Below are positions 25,613 to 39,875 of a DNA stretch of 64,000 nucleotides, piece after piece. The DNA is taken from assembly GCA_030704615.1 (NCBI GenBank), contig CM060733.1, positions 34,720,001 through 34,784,000 on the forward strand, given 5' to 3'. Numbering within the stretch: position 1 is the stretch's first letter; each line of letters starts with the position of its first letter. Below the pieces are notes generated by a model. The model worked only from the letters and a program-made list of their open reading frames with translations, made no database searches and had not been told where the DNA came from. Both the position numbers and the translations under genes were made by a program. This DNA is from Takakia lepidozioides (Eukaryota; Plantae; Bryophyta).

Positions 25613-27790
25613 CATGGGAGGACTGGATCCTCGTCACAGTGAAGGGCATCCCACTGGAAATCCAGCCTAGTGTGGGCTGCAAAAATATAGTCCACCATTG
25701 GGAAGAAGTTGTGAGCTTGGCAACAAGACCACACCACCACCTCAAAGTGTTTAAAACACTTTTGCAAAAAGTCATAACAGCGTGGTCTCAAAACTACCAT
25801 CTTCTTGCCACACATCTTCCCCACAAAATCTTTGGGAAGGGATGCAGGCCCATTAGTAGAATGAAAAGATTCACATGACAGACCATTTAAGTCCATAATT
25901 AGTAAATGTTTCCTCGCTAGTCCAGGAAGTAAACTGTCATTTGGCTTCAACATGTAAGTAGGAGAAATTAAAGCAACCTGCTTGTTTGTTTTGTCCCCGT
26001 CTGCATCTTCCTCCCCATTTAAACTCCCACATACCTGCATACCAGAATCCGGTGTGCCAGGTGGCTCTGTCACCATTGCCCCCTGGATTGCTATTGCATT
26101 TGTATGTGGCAAGGGCTGAATTTCCACATGTACCTCGCAGCTCGCCTTCCCTGTATCCTGCTGCTGCTCGGTCAAATTCAAAAGATCATCAGTGACAGGA
26201 AGACATAAGGGCTTAGAGTGAGCACCAATTACCGTCTGAAATTGGGATTCCAAACATTTTGACATTGTCACAGCAGACGTATCCATCGTAGATGTCACTG
26301 GTCCTGGGCCTGGTAGATTAATCCCCAATCTGGCCACAAATGGCTTTCTGGTACTCAATCATGCTCTGCATCTGTAATTTTAAGTCTGCCATGTCACGTC
26401 CTTGTGATTCCACCAGTTTGTCCAAGCCATCCATCCTGCCAACTACTGTAGAATATGCGAGACTTCCCTCCTGTCAATCCATGAAAACTTGCCCAAGTAT
26501 GAATCAAACAAAAAAACCTAGCATGAACAACCACTGGAAAGAAAACCCAGGCCAAAAGCCTTGAAAAAAACCCTAGCAACCTATGGTGCAGCAACCACTC
26601 TAGCAAACATGGAAAACACACTTACCCGCCTGTCACTCCCAGCTGACAACCGTGACACTGAACCCTCTTGAATTTCATATAATGTAGGAGGGCACCCTGA
26701 TAGGGTTTCCTGCAAATTAATTAACCCATGCCACAAACAAATCAATGCCACAAGTCAGTAAGCAATGTGAGGGCTGACTATATACACATAGCAATTCAAT
26801 GAGCAACAAAATATAGAGTCGTGATGATGCCACTTACCAAGCGTGCTTCTACCATTGTCTTCCAACCACGGCCAGTCTTGGTAGGATTCTGAATTGCACC
26901 ATTTGCCTTCTTCATGTTGGCCGACACTTTGTGGAACACCTCTGTTTGCCAGTAACTTACAAGCTTGTTCCATACCTCCTCAGATACAGTAATGGGTTTC
27001 CCCTTACCACCCAACCACGCAGTGTGTGCTTCATAACGCTAGCTCTTCATTATTCTGCCAATTGTTTGTTTTAGGTGGAAGTCTTTTAACTTGTGTGGCG
27101 TATATGAAAATAGCTTAGCGCTAGGTGATCTCTGATTTCGTATACAAGTTCATCAGGTTGGTTGTTGATGGCAAGGGAACAATCTAGCTTGCGATAAGTC
27201 TGTCCTTTAAGGGCGGCGTGCCATACATTCCGGGTCTGACCATACGGGGCTCCTTTGAGGTTCGTCACAATCACCGTAGGAGGAAGACCTGCAGCTATTC
27301 TCTCTTCCTTCACCTTGGCAGCTTCAATTTTGGCTGAGGTATTAGCCCTCCTTAAAGCATTGGTTCTATCATTATTTGAAACGGCACCCTCCCCTCCTTC
27401 AGAGACCTCCATGCGCACAGGAGAATTCACAGCAGGATCGTGCCAAGTAGGGACTGGTGGCCAGAAGGCCGAAGACCATACTGGCCATACTGTCCATAAG
27501 TAGGAGGATATTCCAGTGGCCTGCCACCCCCATAGCTATTAGGGGGTGGCAAATATGGTGGAGGAGGATACTGGCCATACTGCCCATATGGAGGAGCACC
27601 ATATTGACCCTGACCATACTGAGTGTCAGATTGTGGGTACTAAGGCATACCATAATAAGGTGGGGTACTGGTGGCACAGAACCCAAAACGATGGGAGAGT
27701 TAGGGCCACCTCCTACGTTCTTATGGGCGCCATCTCCATTGCTAGCAGCAGGGATCGTGGATCCAGTGCGCTTGTGCTTGCCCTGAAAAG
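25610..27790 (-). mobile_element. CACTA TnpA/PTTA-like multi-exon gene with C-terminal FCP1/NIF-like HAD phosphatase domain, disrupted
   Basis: EEVWNKLVSYWQTEVFHKVSANMKKAN...TGRG (Transposase_24-like); coiled coil MDGLDKLVESQGRDMADLKLQMQSM; then KHLLIMDLNG...VLRPRCYDFLQKCFKHFEVVVWS...FQWDALHC. Confidence 0.6.
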
Positions 27791-29149
27791 AAATCCCCCC
27801 AGTACAATGTGCGTAATTACACATACATATAGGCAACAAGCAGCAAATCGTTGAATTCAAGATAACAAACTGGAAGCACATATGATTTGTAAAGACAAGA
27901 TTACCCAAAACTCAGTATGATCTTGGGCAGTAAATCTCCCAAATTTGATTGGCCCCAATGATGTCTTCCCAGTACATTTTTGAATCCTCTTAGGTATGGG
28001 GTGTTCCTGAAATCCATAGCAAGAATTCAAATGGACAAACCTGATGGGTCCATGAGAAGTATCCCTCCAAGTTTTACTGATATTCTGGGTGCATAAATAA
28101 CCCAAGTATCTCTATAAGTAGCCATTGTAGCTTAGTACCAGGACGTTGGTTTCATGGGGCAAAGAATTTGAACACACCTGAAGTCTACATTGGCCTGACA
28201 TCATGCCTTTGGCACTTCAACTTGTCTAGTGGAAATAATTTGTGATTGTGCCTTGGGTGACCCCTGCATCGTCCAACTTCCCTGTCTTGACAACATACCC
28301 TATCTCTTCATGATCTTACCATACCCTATCTCTTCGTGATTTTACCAAAAACATACATAATTTGAATCATGGTCATTGTGAAGATCTATAACTCACAGAC
28401 GGAGAAGGTGTTCGTAGTGTAGATGATGGGCGTTTTTGTCCTGCGACATGAGCCTGGGCATGTTCTCCTCGGCTCGCCGTGGCATCCGCCGACGACGCAC
28501 TTGCCTCGCACTGGTGTGGGAGGAGTGGATCGTCCTCATCATCCTCAGAAGAGCCATCATGCAGAATCGTAGTCTTCATCATCTTTAGTCTGGCACTTTG
28601 CCTTGCAGGACTTTGATCCCCTACCTTTTTCTTTCAGAGCGCGTGGTTTGCGAGGGCGTTTCGCTCCCGCAGGCCTGCACAAACACCTCCATGACCTCCC
28701 TCTCAAACAATCACAAACAAATGCAAACATATATACCCTAATACTCTTAAGCCTACGCTGAACCACAGCCGCACCCTACCAAACTAGACATGGCTGCCCA
28801 CGAATGACGGCGGACATCTCCCGCCTAATGACACACCCTCCTCAAACCTAATCGTAACTCACTGCATGTTGTTTGCCTCTCTGTTTGTACAAGTCGCAGC
28901 TATTCGCCCCCATTTGTGCTATGAAGCTTATGAGAGTTGTAGGAAGGTCAGAGGATAAGGCGAATCGCGTGTTTAGTGGGTGGATAACCAAAGTCAGGAA
29001 CTATACTCACCCATCTATTGACTGCCTGAACGTTGCTTCCACCTCCTTTATGGCAGCAATCCGGCGCTCTCGGAACTTCTCGTACTCAGTGAGAGGGACT
29101 GTCACTTCGAAGACCTTCCGCTTCATCATAGACACTCAGAAACGACACT

Positions 29150-31130
29150 TACAGATGCAGAAGATATATAAATAGCACATTGGCAGCTGGTGCAAAACAA
29201 GAGACAACTGTGCGTAGGATGCAAAGAGGGTAGGGGTGACGTTCAAAGTATGTACAGTGCAGGTGGCGACCGGATGCGTAGGCATAGAATAGATGACCGT
29301 CTATGGCGAATGGAAGAAGCTTATGCCATAAAGAATGGGCATACAAAAATGCTATGCAACTGTGATGAGTGTCATGGAGGAAAACTACTGTTGTTGGAAA
29401 CAGTGAGGAATCATTACATGATACACGGGAGGGATCCTCTTCTCCAACGCTGTTCTCTTCCGGCACGATCGTCACTTTCCCTTCAACACTTTAGTTTGAA
29501 TTTTGAATGCAACGATCCTCTTCTCCACATGTCGACATTTCATTGGGTGATTGTAGTCAAGAAGTCATAAACAGACGTGACTATGACTACTTCACTTCCG
29601 TTATCATTTAATTCATGCACATGTCGTGTTTTCGTTAGTCATGTGTAGTCATGTAGTCATATATGACTAACTAAGTGACTGCAACTATGACTTCAATGGC
29701 TACAAATGTCGTATTTTGATTGGGTGTTATTTATAAGATACATACGTGAATATGACTGCATCACTGCAACGTCACCGTGCCTCCATGTCATAATATGAAC
29801 AAGTGTCACATCGTTGTTGGTCCACTCACAAGATGACTATTGGGGCAAGGATGTGAATATTCAGATGATGAAGACGAAGGCCCTGCGGCACAGTGGGAGC
29901 AATGTCACAGAGAACGCAGAGGATGGTGGATTGGAGGTAGAAATCCAGCATGCATTGCAGGAAGCATTTTCTTTTGCAGATGCAAAGAGAGGACCCCATT
30001 CATGGTGGAACCAATCATTTGCCGATCATGACGATGACCTCGACAATTTCGGAGACAATGAATTTGATGAGAATGCTCACGTGCACGTTGATCCCGAGTA
30101 TGATAAACTCTTCCGACAGTCGCAATGTCCACTTTTTGAAGGGTGCTCGATCAGCCGGCTGCAAGCAACTTTGACGTTGCTGAACGCATGCACTACCCAC
30201 AGTGCACCAATGCATTTGTGGATGAGCTTCTGGGATTGTTGCGTAAGAGTTTTTTGCCTAAAGAGAATTCATTGCCGAAAACTCACTATGAAGCAAAACC
30301 ATGATTGCCAAGATGGGATTGCAGTACCATGATTCATGCCTGTGAGCGTGGTTGTGTACTCTTCCGTGGGGAGTATGAGAATGTAGACATTTGCCCAGTG
30401 TGTCGCAGTTCCCGTTACATTCCAGGTCGTGGAAGTGTGCCCAAGAAAGTATTGCGACACTTCCCTGTCATGAAACGTATGTATCGATGTAAATCGATCG
30501 CTAACCTCATGACATGGCGCGACAGACATAAGAGCCAGGATGGGTTGGTTTGACATCCAGCTGATAGCAAAGCATGGAGACACATTGACACCAAATTTGA
30601 GGATTTTGCTGCAGAGCCACGATCTGTGCGATTTGGATTGGCCTTAGACGGTGTAAATCCCTACGGAGCTCAATCCACCAGCTGGAGCACATGGCCCATT
30701 CTCTTGGTCAATTACAATCTGCCTCCGTGGTTAATGACCAAAAAGTTCTTTGTCATGTTAGCGCTACCGATTCCTGGTAAGGAGTCTGTTACCTCGGACA
30801 ACGTAGATGTTTACCTGATGCCCCTAGTGGAAGAGCTACTGGAACTATGGAGAGGGATTGCAGCCCATGATGTTTCCCGTCCTCGTGGTCGACGCGAATT
30901 CACACTCAGGGCAGTGTTGATGTGGTCAATCCATGACTACCTTGCTATGGCTTGCTCTCAGGTCAAGTGACGAAAGGTTATGCTGGTTGTCCAGCTTGAG
31001 GACCCGGGGTGATTTCACAGCAGTTACACACATGTGGGAAAACTGTTTTCCTGGGCCACCGAAGATTTCTGGCCCGCAATCATCCATATAGAAGGTCAAG
31101 AATGTTCAATGATGCTACTGAGGGGGGCTG
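29150..31130 (+). mobile_element. CACTA TnpD (Tnp2/Transposase_21) transposase, 3'-truncated and frameshifted
   Basis: MLCNCDEC..VRNHYMIHG (transposase-associated domain); IHACERGCVLFRGEYE..CPVC..SRY; FGLALDGVNPY..STWPILLVNYNLPPW..DVYLMPLVEELLELW; FLGHRRFL..HPYR. Confidence 0.9.
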
Positions 31131-33688
31131 CTATTTTCATGAGCGGAATGAGCATGAGCGGGAAAAAAAAAAGCATGAGCGGACTATTGTGTGTCCATGG
31201 AAATAGGGTTAGGAGGCACGGAAAATAGGGTCACGTGAAGTTGGATTGTGGCACCAGTGGACTCGTCATAGCAATGAAATGCAACATTTTATTGCAAATT
31301 TTGTGGCAAGCCACATCTATACAAGTGTGCCCTAACTATCATAGCCGGAAATACACTACTCTCTCCGAGGAACTTGCCCCACCTTCTTCCTCATTCCCCC
31401 CATCCTCCGAGCTCTGTGATGCATCAGTTCCACTATGCCTCACAAAAATTTCGTCCTCTCCTTGGGGGACTGTCCACCTCACCTCCTGGGAATCTTTTGC
31501 CTTTTCTCCCCCACTTTCCTCAGCAGAATCCAAGACAAACCTACGAGCCTGACGGGCTCTAATAGCTGCTGCCTCCTCCCTCATCTTCATTTTCTTGAGG
31601 CTGGCCTCATCTAAAATCTGTTGTACACGACTAGGTTTGGAAGACCTCCTAATGGACACCGAAGCAAGCCGGGCAGCATAAGTAGGAAGGATGTAGTCCC
31701 TTTCTGGACTAGGCATGAAATCCCCCCTGGCAAAATAAGGCACGTTCCTCCTGCCCATGAACTGCGGTGTAGACGTCCCTCCTGCAGTACTTGGCATCCT
31801 ACAGTAAGAACAAATCCACTTCAAGAATGTCAATACTAGCAGAAGCAGAAAGGGTCTTTCAATGAAATAAGAGAGCGAAGAAAGGTGCCTCACAAAATCA
31901 GGAGGCAATTTACAATGCGACCACTCACTCGTAAACCGGGGGCTCCTCGGCCTCGATCCCAACTTGTTCCTCCCCCTGCTCCTTCTCGGATTCTTCCTCA
32001 TCCTCCAAGGATGTCTGTTCCTCTTTCAGCAGACGTTCAGCCGCTGCAAGTTCCGAGTTGTGGAGGGCAGTATCTGGCTCGAAGGTAAAGACATGCCTGT
32101 CGGACAACGTCCCTGCCCACATTGAAGCACCTGAGGGACAAAGCGGGCGGTTAATAGCATGCAGCATGCAATTGCAATCGGGCCAGGGGACAAACTAAGC
32201 ACGTGAAGGCTTACCCGTGCCGCATGTGAGGTCAAGAATCCGCCCTTGGACATCCGAGCACGTCTCCATGAGGGTTTGGATGAAATACTGGAGTGGGGCA
32301 TATAGTTGTAGAGGACATCGTAGGTAACATGGTCCACAGTGGCATCAACAAGACGACCGTCGTTGCGGAATTTGAACGTAGACCCTTTCTTCACAAAACA
32401 ATATGCCTCAACACCAATGTCTGCACATCCAACAAAAGAGGAATCAACTCCAGGGTCTAGTTTAGATACACCACAATATGAAGTGAATGCAATAGATTGA
32501 TAACTTACACTTTGGCCCTCTGATTGCAACCCCTGTGTATTGATGCAGAACCATTTTTTGAGGGGAGGGGGTGACACTTTTCGGTGTCCACCTTGCCACA
32601 ACATTATCTGTGGTCTTCCCTCTTGTGGCAAGGACCACCACCATCCACCGTCATCCAGGAGCATCCCCGCCCCAAACCGACTTCCAGTAGTCCTCAGTAA
32701 ACCTGTTCAGGTGGGCACACCATCCAGGCCTCTAGGAGCTTCCCATCTGGAATGTCGAGGAGAATCATATCGCAGGCTCTCTCCACCTCACCCCCCCCCC
32801 CCGAGTGCTCTTGCAATCCGTGCTCACAGCCGTGAAGAATTCCATCATGGTTTCCAAACCAGGGGTGTCTTTAGGCTCTGTACCGGCAGCCCTCTTCTTG
32901 GCTTTCCCTTTCAGTTCCTCTAGAGACTTGCTGTGTGCCACCTTCTTCGCCCTGGCAGCCAGAGCATCAAGGAAGCTCTCATTGACGCATTGGATGATGG
33001 TTGGGGGTTCTAGCTTTGGCCTGTGCGTAAACGTCACCGCCGAATACCGCCGTGTAGGCTCGCCCTCAAATGCCAACTTCCTGGCAGAGCCAGTCCCAGT
33101 CCGAACTGACTTGGGAACCCGGACGACCGGTGACTTGGTAGCAGCAGCAACAGTCGCAGGACGTTGAAGAAAGTCGTCATCGGAGTCACTCCCTTGGGGC
33201 CCCTCCTACGCCTCCTCCGGTGCCCCGGTGGTTTTTTGTTTTTTGGGGGTTACTGTACTCCCCTGTTTCCGTGTCCTTTTCTATAGTCCTTTATTCTTCT
33301 CATTCAAATTCTCATGAATACTTACCTGAGCAAGCTCTGCCGCTTTCCTGGAGTTGGCAAGCGTTTTTGCCTCCTTTGGACCCAGCGGAGGCAACGGAGC
33401 TCGGTTTCGTCAGGCCTCCGCATCCAGCTTCAATTGAAACTCGGATGGGTCGAGCGAGCCCGGCGGAAGGTCCACATATCAAGGGCAGTCGTGCAAATGT
33501 TCCAGATGCCACTCCTTCACGATAGCGTCACTGTACATGGAGTCATCCCCAGGGTTCCTCCATGCCAGGAAGAATGGTGGCTCGAAGGACAGATGACATT
33601 TCTCCAAAAGTGAGAACTTGTAGTACCTGCATTCAAGAAACACACACAGAATGAGGTCCCTGAACTGGAAATTCGGGGCCCTGAACAA

Positions 33689-33957
33689 GAAATTCGGCAC
33701 CATTTTCCCAGGTTGGGGTCGAAAAGTGCTTTCGCCACTGGGCCTGCAAATGGAAAATGGCGTCGAATTTCCGGTTTCGGTGCCAGCCACCCTAGGGACT
33801 TGGCCATTTTTGGGGCCTTGCATTGGAAATTCGGCACCATTTTCCCAGGTTGGGGCCGAAAATGGCTAAGTCCCATAACTGACTTGGCCCTGAAGTGGAA
33901 AAATGGCGCCGAATTTCCGGTTTCGGTGCCAGCCACCCTAGGGACTTGGCCATTTTC
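33689..33957. repeat. Tandem duplication of ~137-bp unit, probably a transposon subterminal region
   Basis: GAAATTCGGCACCATTTTCCCAGGTTGGGG...CCCTAGGGACTTGGCCATTTT starts at 33689 and 33826. Confidence 0.85.
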
Positions 33958-34057
33958 GACTCTGCTAGAGGTATGATTAACTGCAGAAAATCTAGTGGTT
34001 CAGAATCCTTTGATAATTAAGCCACTCTTAATTAGATCCTTGTGGTTTGGTGTTTAG

Positions 34058-37000
34058 GCGGCTGGAAAACAACAAACTAACAGGGAGCATTCCGGAGCAG
34101 CTGAATCAATTGACAAATCTCCAACAACTGTGAGTTCTTTGTCATGAGCTATCAGATGAGATTCTCCCGAAAGTACCTCTTTGCTCCGGGCTATTGTCTA
34201 CAAAATGTTATTGGCGAGTAATATGCGTTGAGGATCAGGAACTGAAAGTAAAAGTTGCGACTTACATCACCTTTTGTCTTGGGATTCTGACTATTTTGAA
34301 CTTCTAGCTGAACATATGTCTACTTCATCGGGTGCCCATTTCAATCTTGAAGATCCCCGGAAGATTCTGCAGTCTCCCTCAATGATTCGGCTGCCTATAT
34401 AATTCGGAAATCAATTTGGCACAGTATGCTTGAGCAGCTTCCTAATTAATTTGGAAATGATATCCAGGTTCCTCTCCAGCATATGTAGTTTGTGGCTGCT
34501 TCGGACATGAAAAAAAGAGAAATTAGGAAACAAACGATACTTTGTAACCTCTGCTGGAAGCTCAAAGAGCTAATGGGACAAGTGAAAGCATGAAACAAGA
34601 AAGAGAGCGGGCCTCTAGATACAACTAAACTGATGGATTGTCTAAGGGTCATAAAACGCCTCATGCACATGCTGCTAAGAATTCATATTCTCAAAATGAG
34701 ACACCTAAGCTACAGTGCCGGTTAGACAATAGTATCTCCCACGGACCACATTGTAGTAAGTTGAACTTTTTCCGAAGCAAGGGCTGAGCAAGGGTACAGA
34801 TGAGTTTATGGTGTGTTCTTCGGTGACCCTTCTGCTAAGATCTGATAAACATGTAAGGTGCCTGTTGGATGGTGGACAGATTTTTGCAAAACAACAACCT
34901 GAGTGGAGACATTCCCCAAGCTCTTATCAACAAAAGCAACTTGAAGTTGGAGTAAATTTTTCCACCGGTCATGTTCCCTGGTGTCGAATTTCAGTTTTCA
35001 ATGTTTCAATACTTCCTAATAGATTCCCGTTTTGAACCTTTGATTTGTAGTAGTTGCAGCAGACCAGTTATTGCCTTCTCTATGCAGACCCTTTGATGTC
35101 AAGCCTGTGGTTTGTTGGACAGGTGTCGTAACAAAGCTAATTGTTGGCTAGATTGTGTATCTTAAGGCCTCGCTTTTCTCGATGGGTTTTGATAGAGTAC
35201 TAATTGCTTGTACAATTTTCACGAGTAGGAGCAAGGTAATCACTAATAGAAGATGTTTCTATAATTCTAAGATGTTTGTTATTGAAACATCATCTATCTA
35301 TCTATCTATCTATAGATCTATCATCTATCTATTCATCACATGTATCTTAGAATAGAAACATCATCATATGTTTGATATTGCAGATCTTTCTTAACGCCCC
35401 CTTACAAAGTCCAGGAAGCCTCTGAATCTGGCCGAGTAGTCCCTCGATCTATGAAGTAGTTTCCAGAACTGTTAGTAGCCCTAAAGATCAGATTTATGCT
35501 CTTGTCCCAGGCTTGTCCCTTGCTGGTCAAGAGCATATGTGTAGACCCACTACAGACTAGATCGTTATCCAAAGACAGTTAAGTGCTGTGAGCTGCTTAG
35601 AACGAGAACAAGGCAATGATCTATATATCGCTTGGAAAATTTAGTTTAGAAACTTGACGGTTTGCGCCTGTTCTATTATTGCAGATCGTTCTAATAAGGG
35701 TTTGAGGCGGTGTCTGGATGTTTAGATCTCTCTAAGAAATCTTTGAGCTGTCCTGGAAAAGAATGTTTCCCAAAGTGAGTAAAGAAAACTTGGCCCTCCA
35801 GGAGAACACCCTGCAGCAGGAACGGCCGAAGCCGTGGGTTAAGTCATTGTTTTCATGTGGGTGCAGGACCTTCGGGAATCTACTCCTGTGTACGACGTCC
35901 CAGCCGTGCCCCGCACTCCGCCCCGCATCCCCAGGGAAAAAGAGCAACCTGGGCATCATTATCGGTTGTGTCATTGCAGGGGCCATAGTAGTAGCCGGCG
36001 CAGTTACAGGATTGATATACTGGCGCTGCTGCTGTGTCGGCCAACAATCGAGCCCCAAGCGTGAAAACAAGCTGCCAGGGTCTGTATATGTGAACTCTCT
36101 GAAGTTCTGAGATGTAGCAGATCAGATCCGATCCGAGTAAACACTAGTTCTCCGACCTAGTTTCAAAGAGCTATCGCGCTCAGTCAGCCAGCTATTATTC
36201 AGAGACTACATTAAAGTGCACTGTATGGTATGCTGCATGCTAGCAGATGTCCACTTTTTGTGACATCGAATGGAAGGTTAAATGCCGTTCAATTCCTGAT
36301 GGTGACTCCCGGCAGTTCATATTAGTTCTTCAGACGTATGAACTTTCGGAGGAAATCTGTTTTCAGCCTGCGAGATGAGGCTTAGATAGTCACCTATTGA
36401 ATGCGTGTAGTGGTTCACTAAAATTGGAACATACATGACACAAAACTCCACACAGAAAACAGTGAATAGTGCAATGAAGAAAAGTACTATAGAGCCAAGT
36501 AATACAATACTGGACCTTCCTCTGTCACTTGACGCACCACTTAACACTTGCTGCTGACAAAGCTGGAACCCTGCAGCAGGCTTGCTTAACACTAAGGACC
36601 TGTGTAGGCTGGCTAACATATAACAATCAAGAGAGATGGAGATCGCTCCGCACCAGCACCTGTATGTCTGCAGGACTGCTTCTCCCATCCTGTCTCATAG
36701 TATTGCTGATTTATAGGAGTCCTAGTTAAATCACCGCTAGTAGGTGGTGCCCTCCTATTAAGCTGGCACTGATCTAGAGAGCAGATCTAGAGAGAGCAGT
36801 GACGTGTTGGTGTTGCCGAGAATAGGCCATTCAACTGCATAACCTGCTGAAAGTCACGTCTTCATGAGTCTAGTTAGACTTTTTGCTCTGAATGGACTCT
36901 GAATGGACTATTAGTCATAAAATATGTACTTGTTACTATGCGCAAGAACAAACCACAGCTATAGTTTCTGAATCTAGATCCATTTTGATTAAAGTCGGAA

Positions 37001-39875
37001 ATCCCTTGAGAGTACACAAAGTTGTTCAGGATAATATGAGTCAGGACATCTTCAATAATTAATGGGGAAGCGCTTGAATAGGTACAGAAGGAGATGCCTC
37101 ATGTTTGAGACAGAAGCGAGCACACGATTTTCTTTTCACCAGGTGAAAATTGCTACCGACAACTTTAGGAGGAAAATTGGAAAAGGAGGTTTTGGCCCAG
37201 TGTTCTATGGCAATCTTCCTCATGGACAAGAGGTGGCAGTCAAAAAATTGGACGTCAAGTCTCAACAAGGGATGAAAGAGTTCTTCAATGAGGTTCAACT
37301 GACAGCCCAATGTTTAATGTACACTGTATACACTTCACGTATTGCTTGTCTGCTTTTCGGAGTTTTTCGTCAATGTAATAGAATCTATGTACTACGCAAT
37401 ACTTCCCAAATTGTGCACAACTTTGTAACATATATTTTATATAGCTGAGAAAAGACACACGAAAATTACTTCTCATTGACTCGGTTAACTTACTAGTCTC
37501 TGCAAACATTCATATCCAGGACTTAATGCACAGTTTACTCTGGCCAGTTTGGATGCTTACGCTGCTATCGAGCCAATGGTTTTGAATAGCAGCTCTAGGT
37601 GATTTAAAAAATTTAACAGGATTTCCACTGCATCTGTGACCGCATTATGTATCAGGTCGACCTTCTCTCCAGAGCGCGCCACAAAAACCTCGTGTCATTA
37701 ATTGGGTACTGCCAAGAGAACAGCCAGCGAATGTTGATCTATGAGTATCTTCCGATGGGCGACCTGCGGAAACATCTCTATGGTGTGAATTCTGACTTCC
37801 TAAAGGGAATGTATAAAGTCATTTCACGCTCGGACGCTACAGTAGAGTGCAGTACGGCTATACTCAGAGATACATGTATAATATCCCTCCATCGACATGG
37901 TGGAAAGTGGTTGATATATGTAGATCTATGGCCTTACTTTACTAATCCTACTAATTATTTGAGAGGTACAAAAAAACCTGTTGATCAGGCTTATATTGTA
38001 TCACTGCAATGCACTAAGGTTGATCTTTTCTCCTAAAGGATATAATCTAGTTTGTATCTGTAGACCTTCTCAATCTTATAACCACTGGCCGGTCATGGAT
38101 TCACTGTACCTCTAATGTAGTACATTGACTAGAGCGTTTAGTATGACCCAGGGCTTACATATTTTCTTGACAACTTCACCCAGTACCCCATGTGTATATA
38201 GACACACATGCAGTACACAAGGGTTCATTTTTAAGACAACCTCCCCACCAATTCTGTGGGTATAATCCACACTCACCTCAAGCACGATGTTAGATTTTTG
38301 GTTATATGGTATGATTCCCATGCTATATAGATTTAGAAACCTGGATCAAACAGGACCCCGAAAGATTTTTAAGACTTAAAAAACCCTCTTTGTTGTCAAA
38401 TAGGCACAGGTCCAGAAATGCCAATCGCAAGTGATCAGCCTACACTTGACTGGAAAACGCGCCTAAATATTGCATTCAATGCAGCACAAGGTAACAATTT
38501 TCGCTTTCATTCTAGACTTCTAACTTTTTTTCCTGAATGTTGTTTAAATTTCAGATTTCATGGGGCTATACTTAGATTACACTTTTGTCATTCTATGACA
38601 CTCATGTCATAGAATACATACTATATAGACTCATAGAAATGGCTCTGATGTAGTCTAATTGGGCGCACAGGGTTAGAGTATCTGCACACAGGTTGCAGTC
38701 CGAACATCATTCACCGTGATGTGAAGAGCAACAACATTTTGCTTACGAACAAGATGGTAGCTAAAGTTGCTGATTTCGGACTCTCCAAGTTGGCAGAGGA
38801 GGGGGTCAGTCACGTATCCACCTTCGTTAAGGGCACTCTCGGTTACCTCGATCCTGAGTACGTGCATTCCTCGTACATTCCTAACCAACTTATAATACTG
38901 TCTAATATATGTCTACTTCAATTTTCCTCAAATGAGCGTCAAATGGGGTTTTGGACGGTTCTACTGCAGCTTTTTTATCGTGCTATAGACATCTACAGGT
39001 CGCCTAGGTCAATGGCTGGTAGACAATTAGTAGCTAACTGCTCTCATAAAGCAATATGCAATCCCTTGCATGACATTAAAACTGTAACAGGTATTTCTCA
39101 ACTTTAAAGTTGACAGGAAAGAGTGACGTTTACAGCTTTGGCGTTGTGTTGTTGGAGATTATCTCCGGCCGACCACCTATTAACTACCGGGCTGTCGACT
39201 CTAAAGTAATCCTAGTCGATTGGGTAAGTTAATGCAGTTAATGTAACCTGCCTTTGTTGAGATTCAGCCACTTCATTTGAAGTGTTAAAATGCCCAGCTG
39301 TACCAGAATATATGTTTCAATATATTCATGATTTCATCATTCCATGATTGCGACTCTATTGTCTACTTGCCTTTCCGGTTATCCATCGATTCCTAGTCAG
39401 ATTGAGTTCAGTGGTTTGTGACATCTTGGACTTAGTGGGCCTAGAGGAGACTGAAACGATCTCGCGACAATGATCACCCTTACTTCTCTAGTTTCGGTGT
39501 TCGCATACTTTGGTAAGCACTTGTTACTCCTTTCGCTCAAACATAAATTCTTGCAAGCAGAATGTATCCTGGTGGCCATCTAGTAGTTTATGACAGCGTG
39601 TTTTTGATGTGGAACCCATAGGCCTCTGCAGGCCAACAATGAGAGAAGTGGTACACGGTCTAGGGGATGCAATGGCGTTGGAATATCTTGGGGATCCATC
39701 TCCAGAAATGTCCGCCACCTCGTCAAGCTTGTCTGACCCCCATCCAACAGCTGTTGGGAACGGAGAACTTAGCAGCTTGCAATCCAGTGCAGAATTTTCA
39801 GAGAGTTCAGTGGAGATTACTTCATATGCCCCCGATGATATTCATGAAATCCTTTCGAATCCCAGTGCAAGGTAG
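34058..39875 (+). pseudogene. LRR-I-type receptor-like kinase, C-terminal half (LRR exons, TM, kinase); last exon acceptor deleted
   Basis: 72-bp LRR exons 34058-34129 (RLENNKLTGSIPEQLNQLTNLQQL) and 34880-34951 (LQNNNLSGDIPQAL); TM exon GIIIGCVIAGAIVVAGAVTGLIYW; kinase IGKGGFGPVFYG/VAVKKL, HKNLVSLIGYC, HRDVKS, DFG; ~130 bp missing at ~39610 relative to copy A. Confidence 0.9.

Noticed and set aside
27440-27660. Tandem CCATACTG-type repeats
   Set aside because: Explained as Gly/Gln/Tyr/Pro low-complexity coding at the start of the TnpA-like gene
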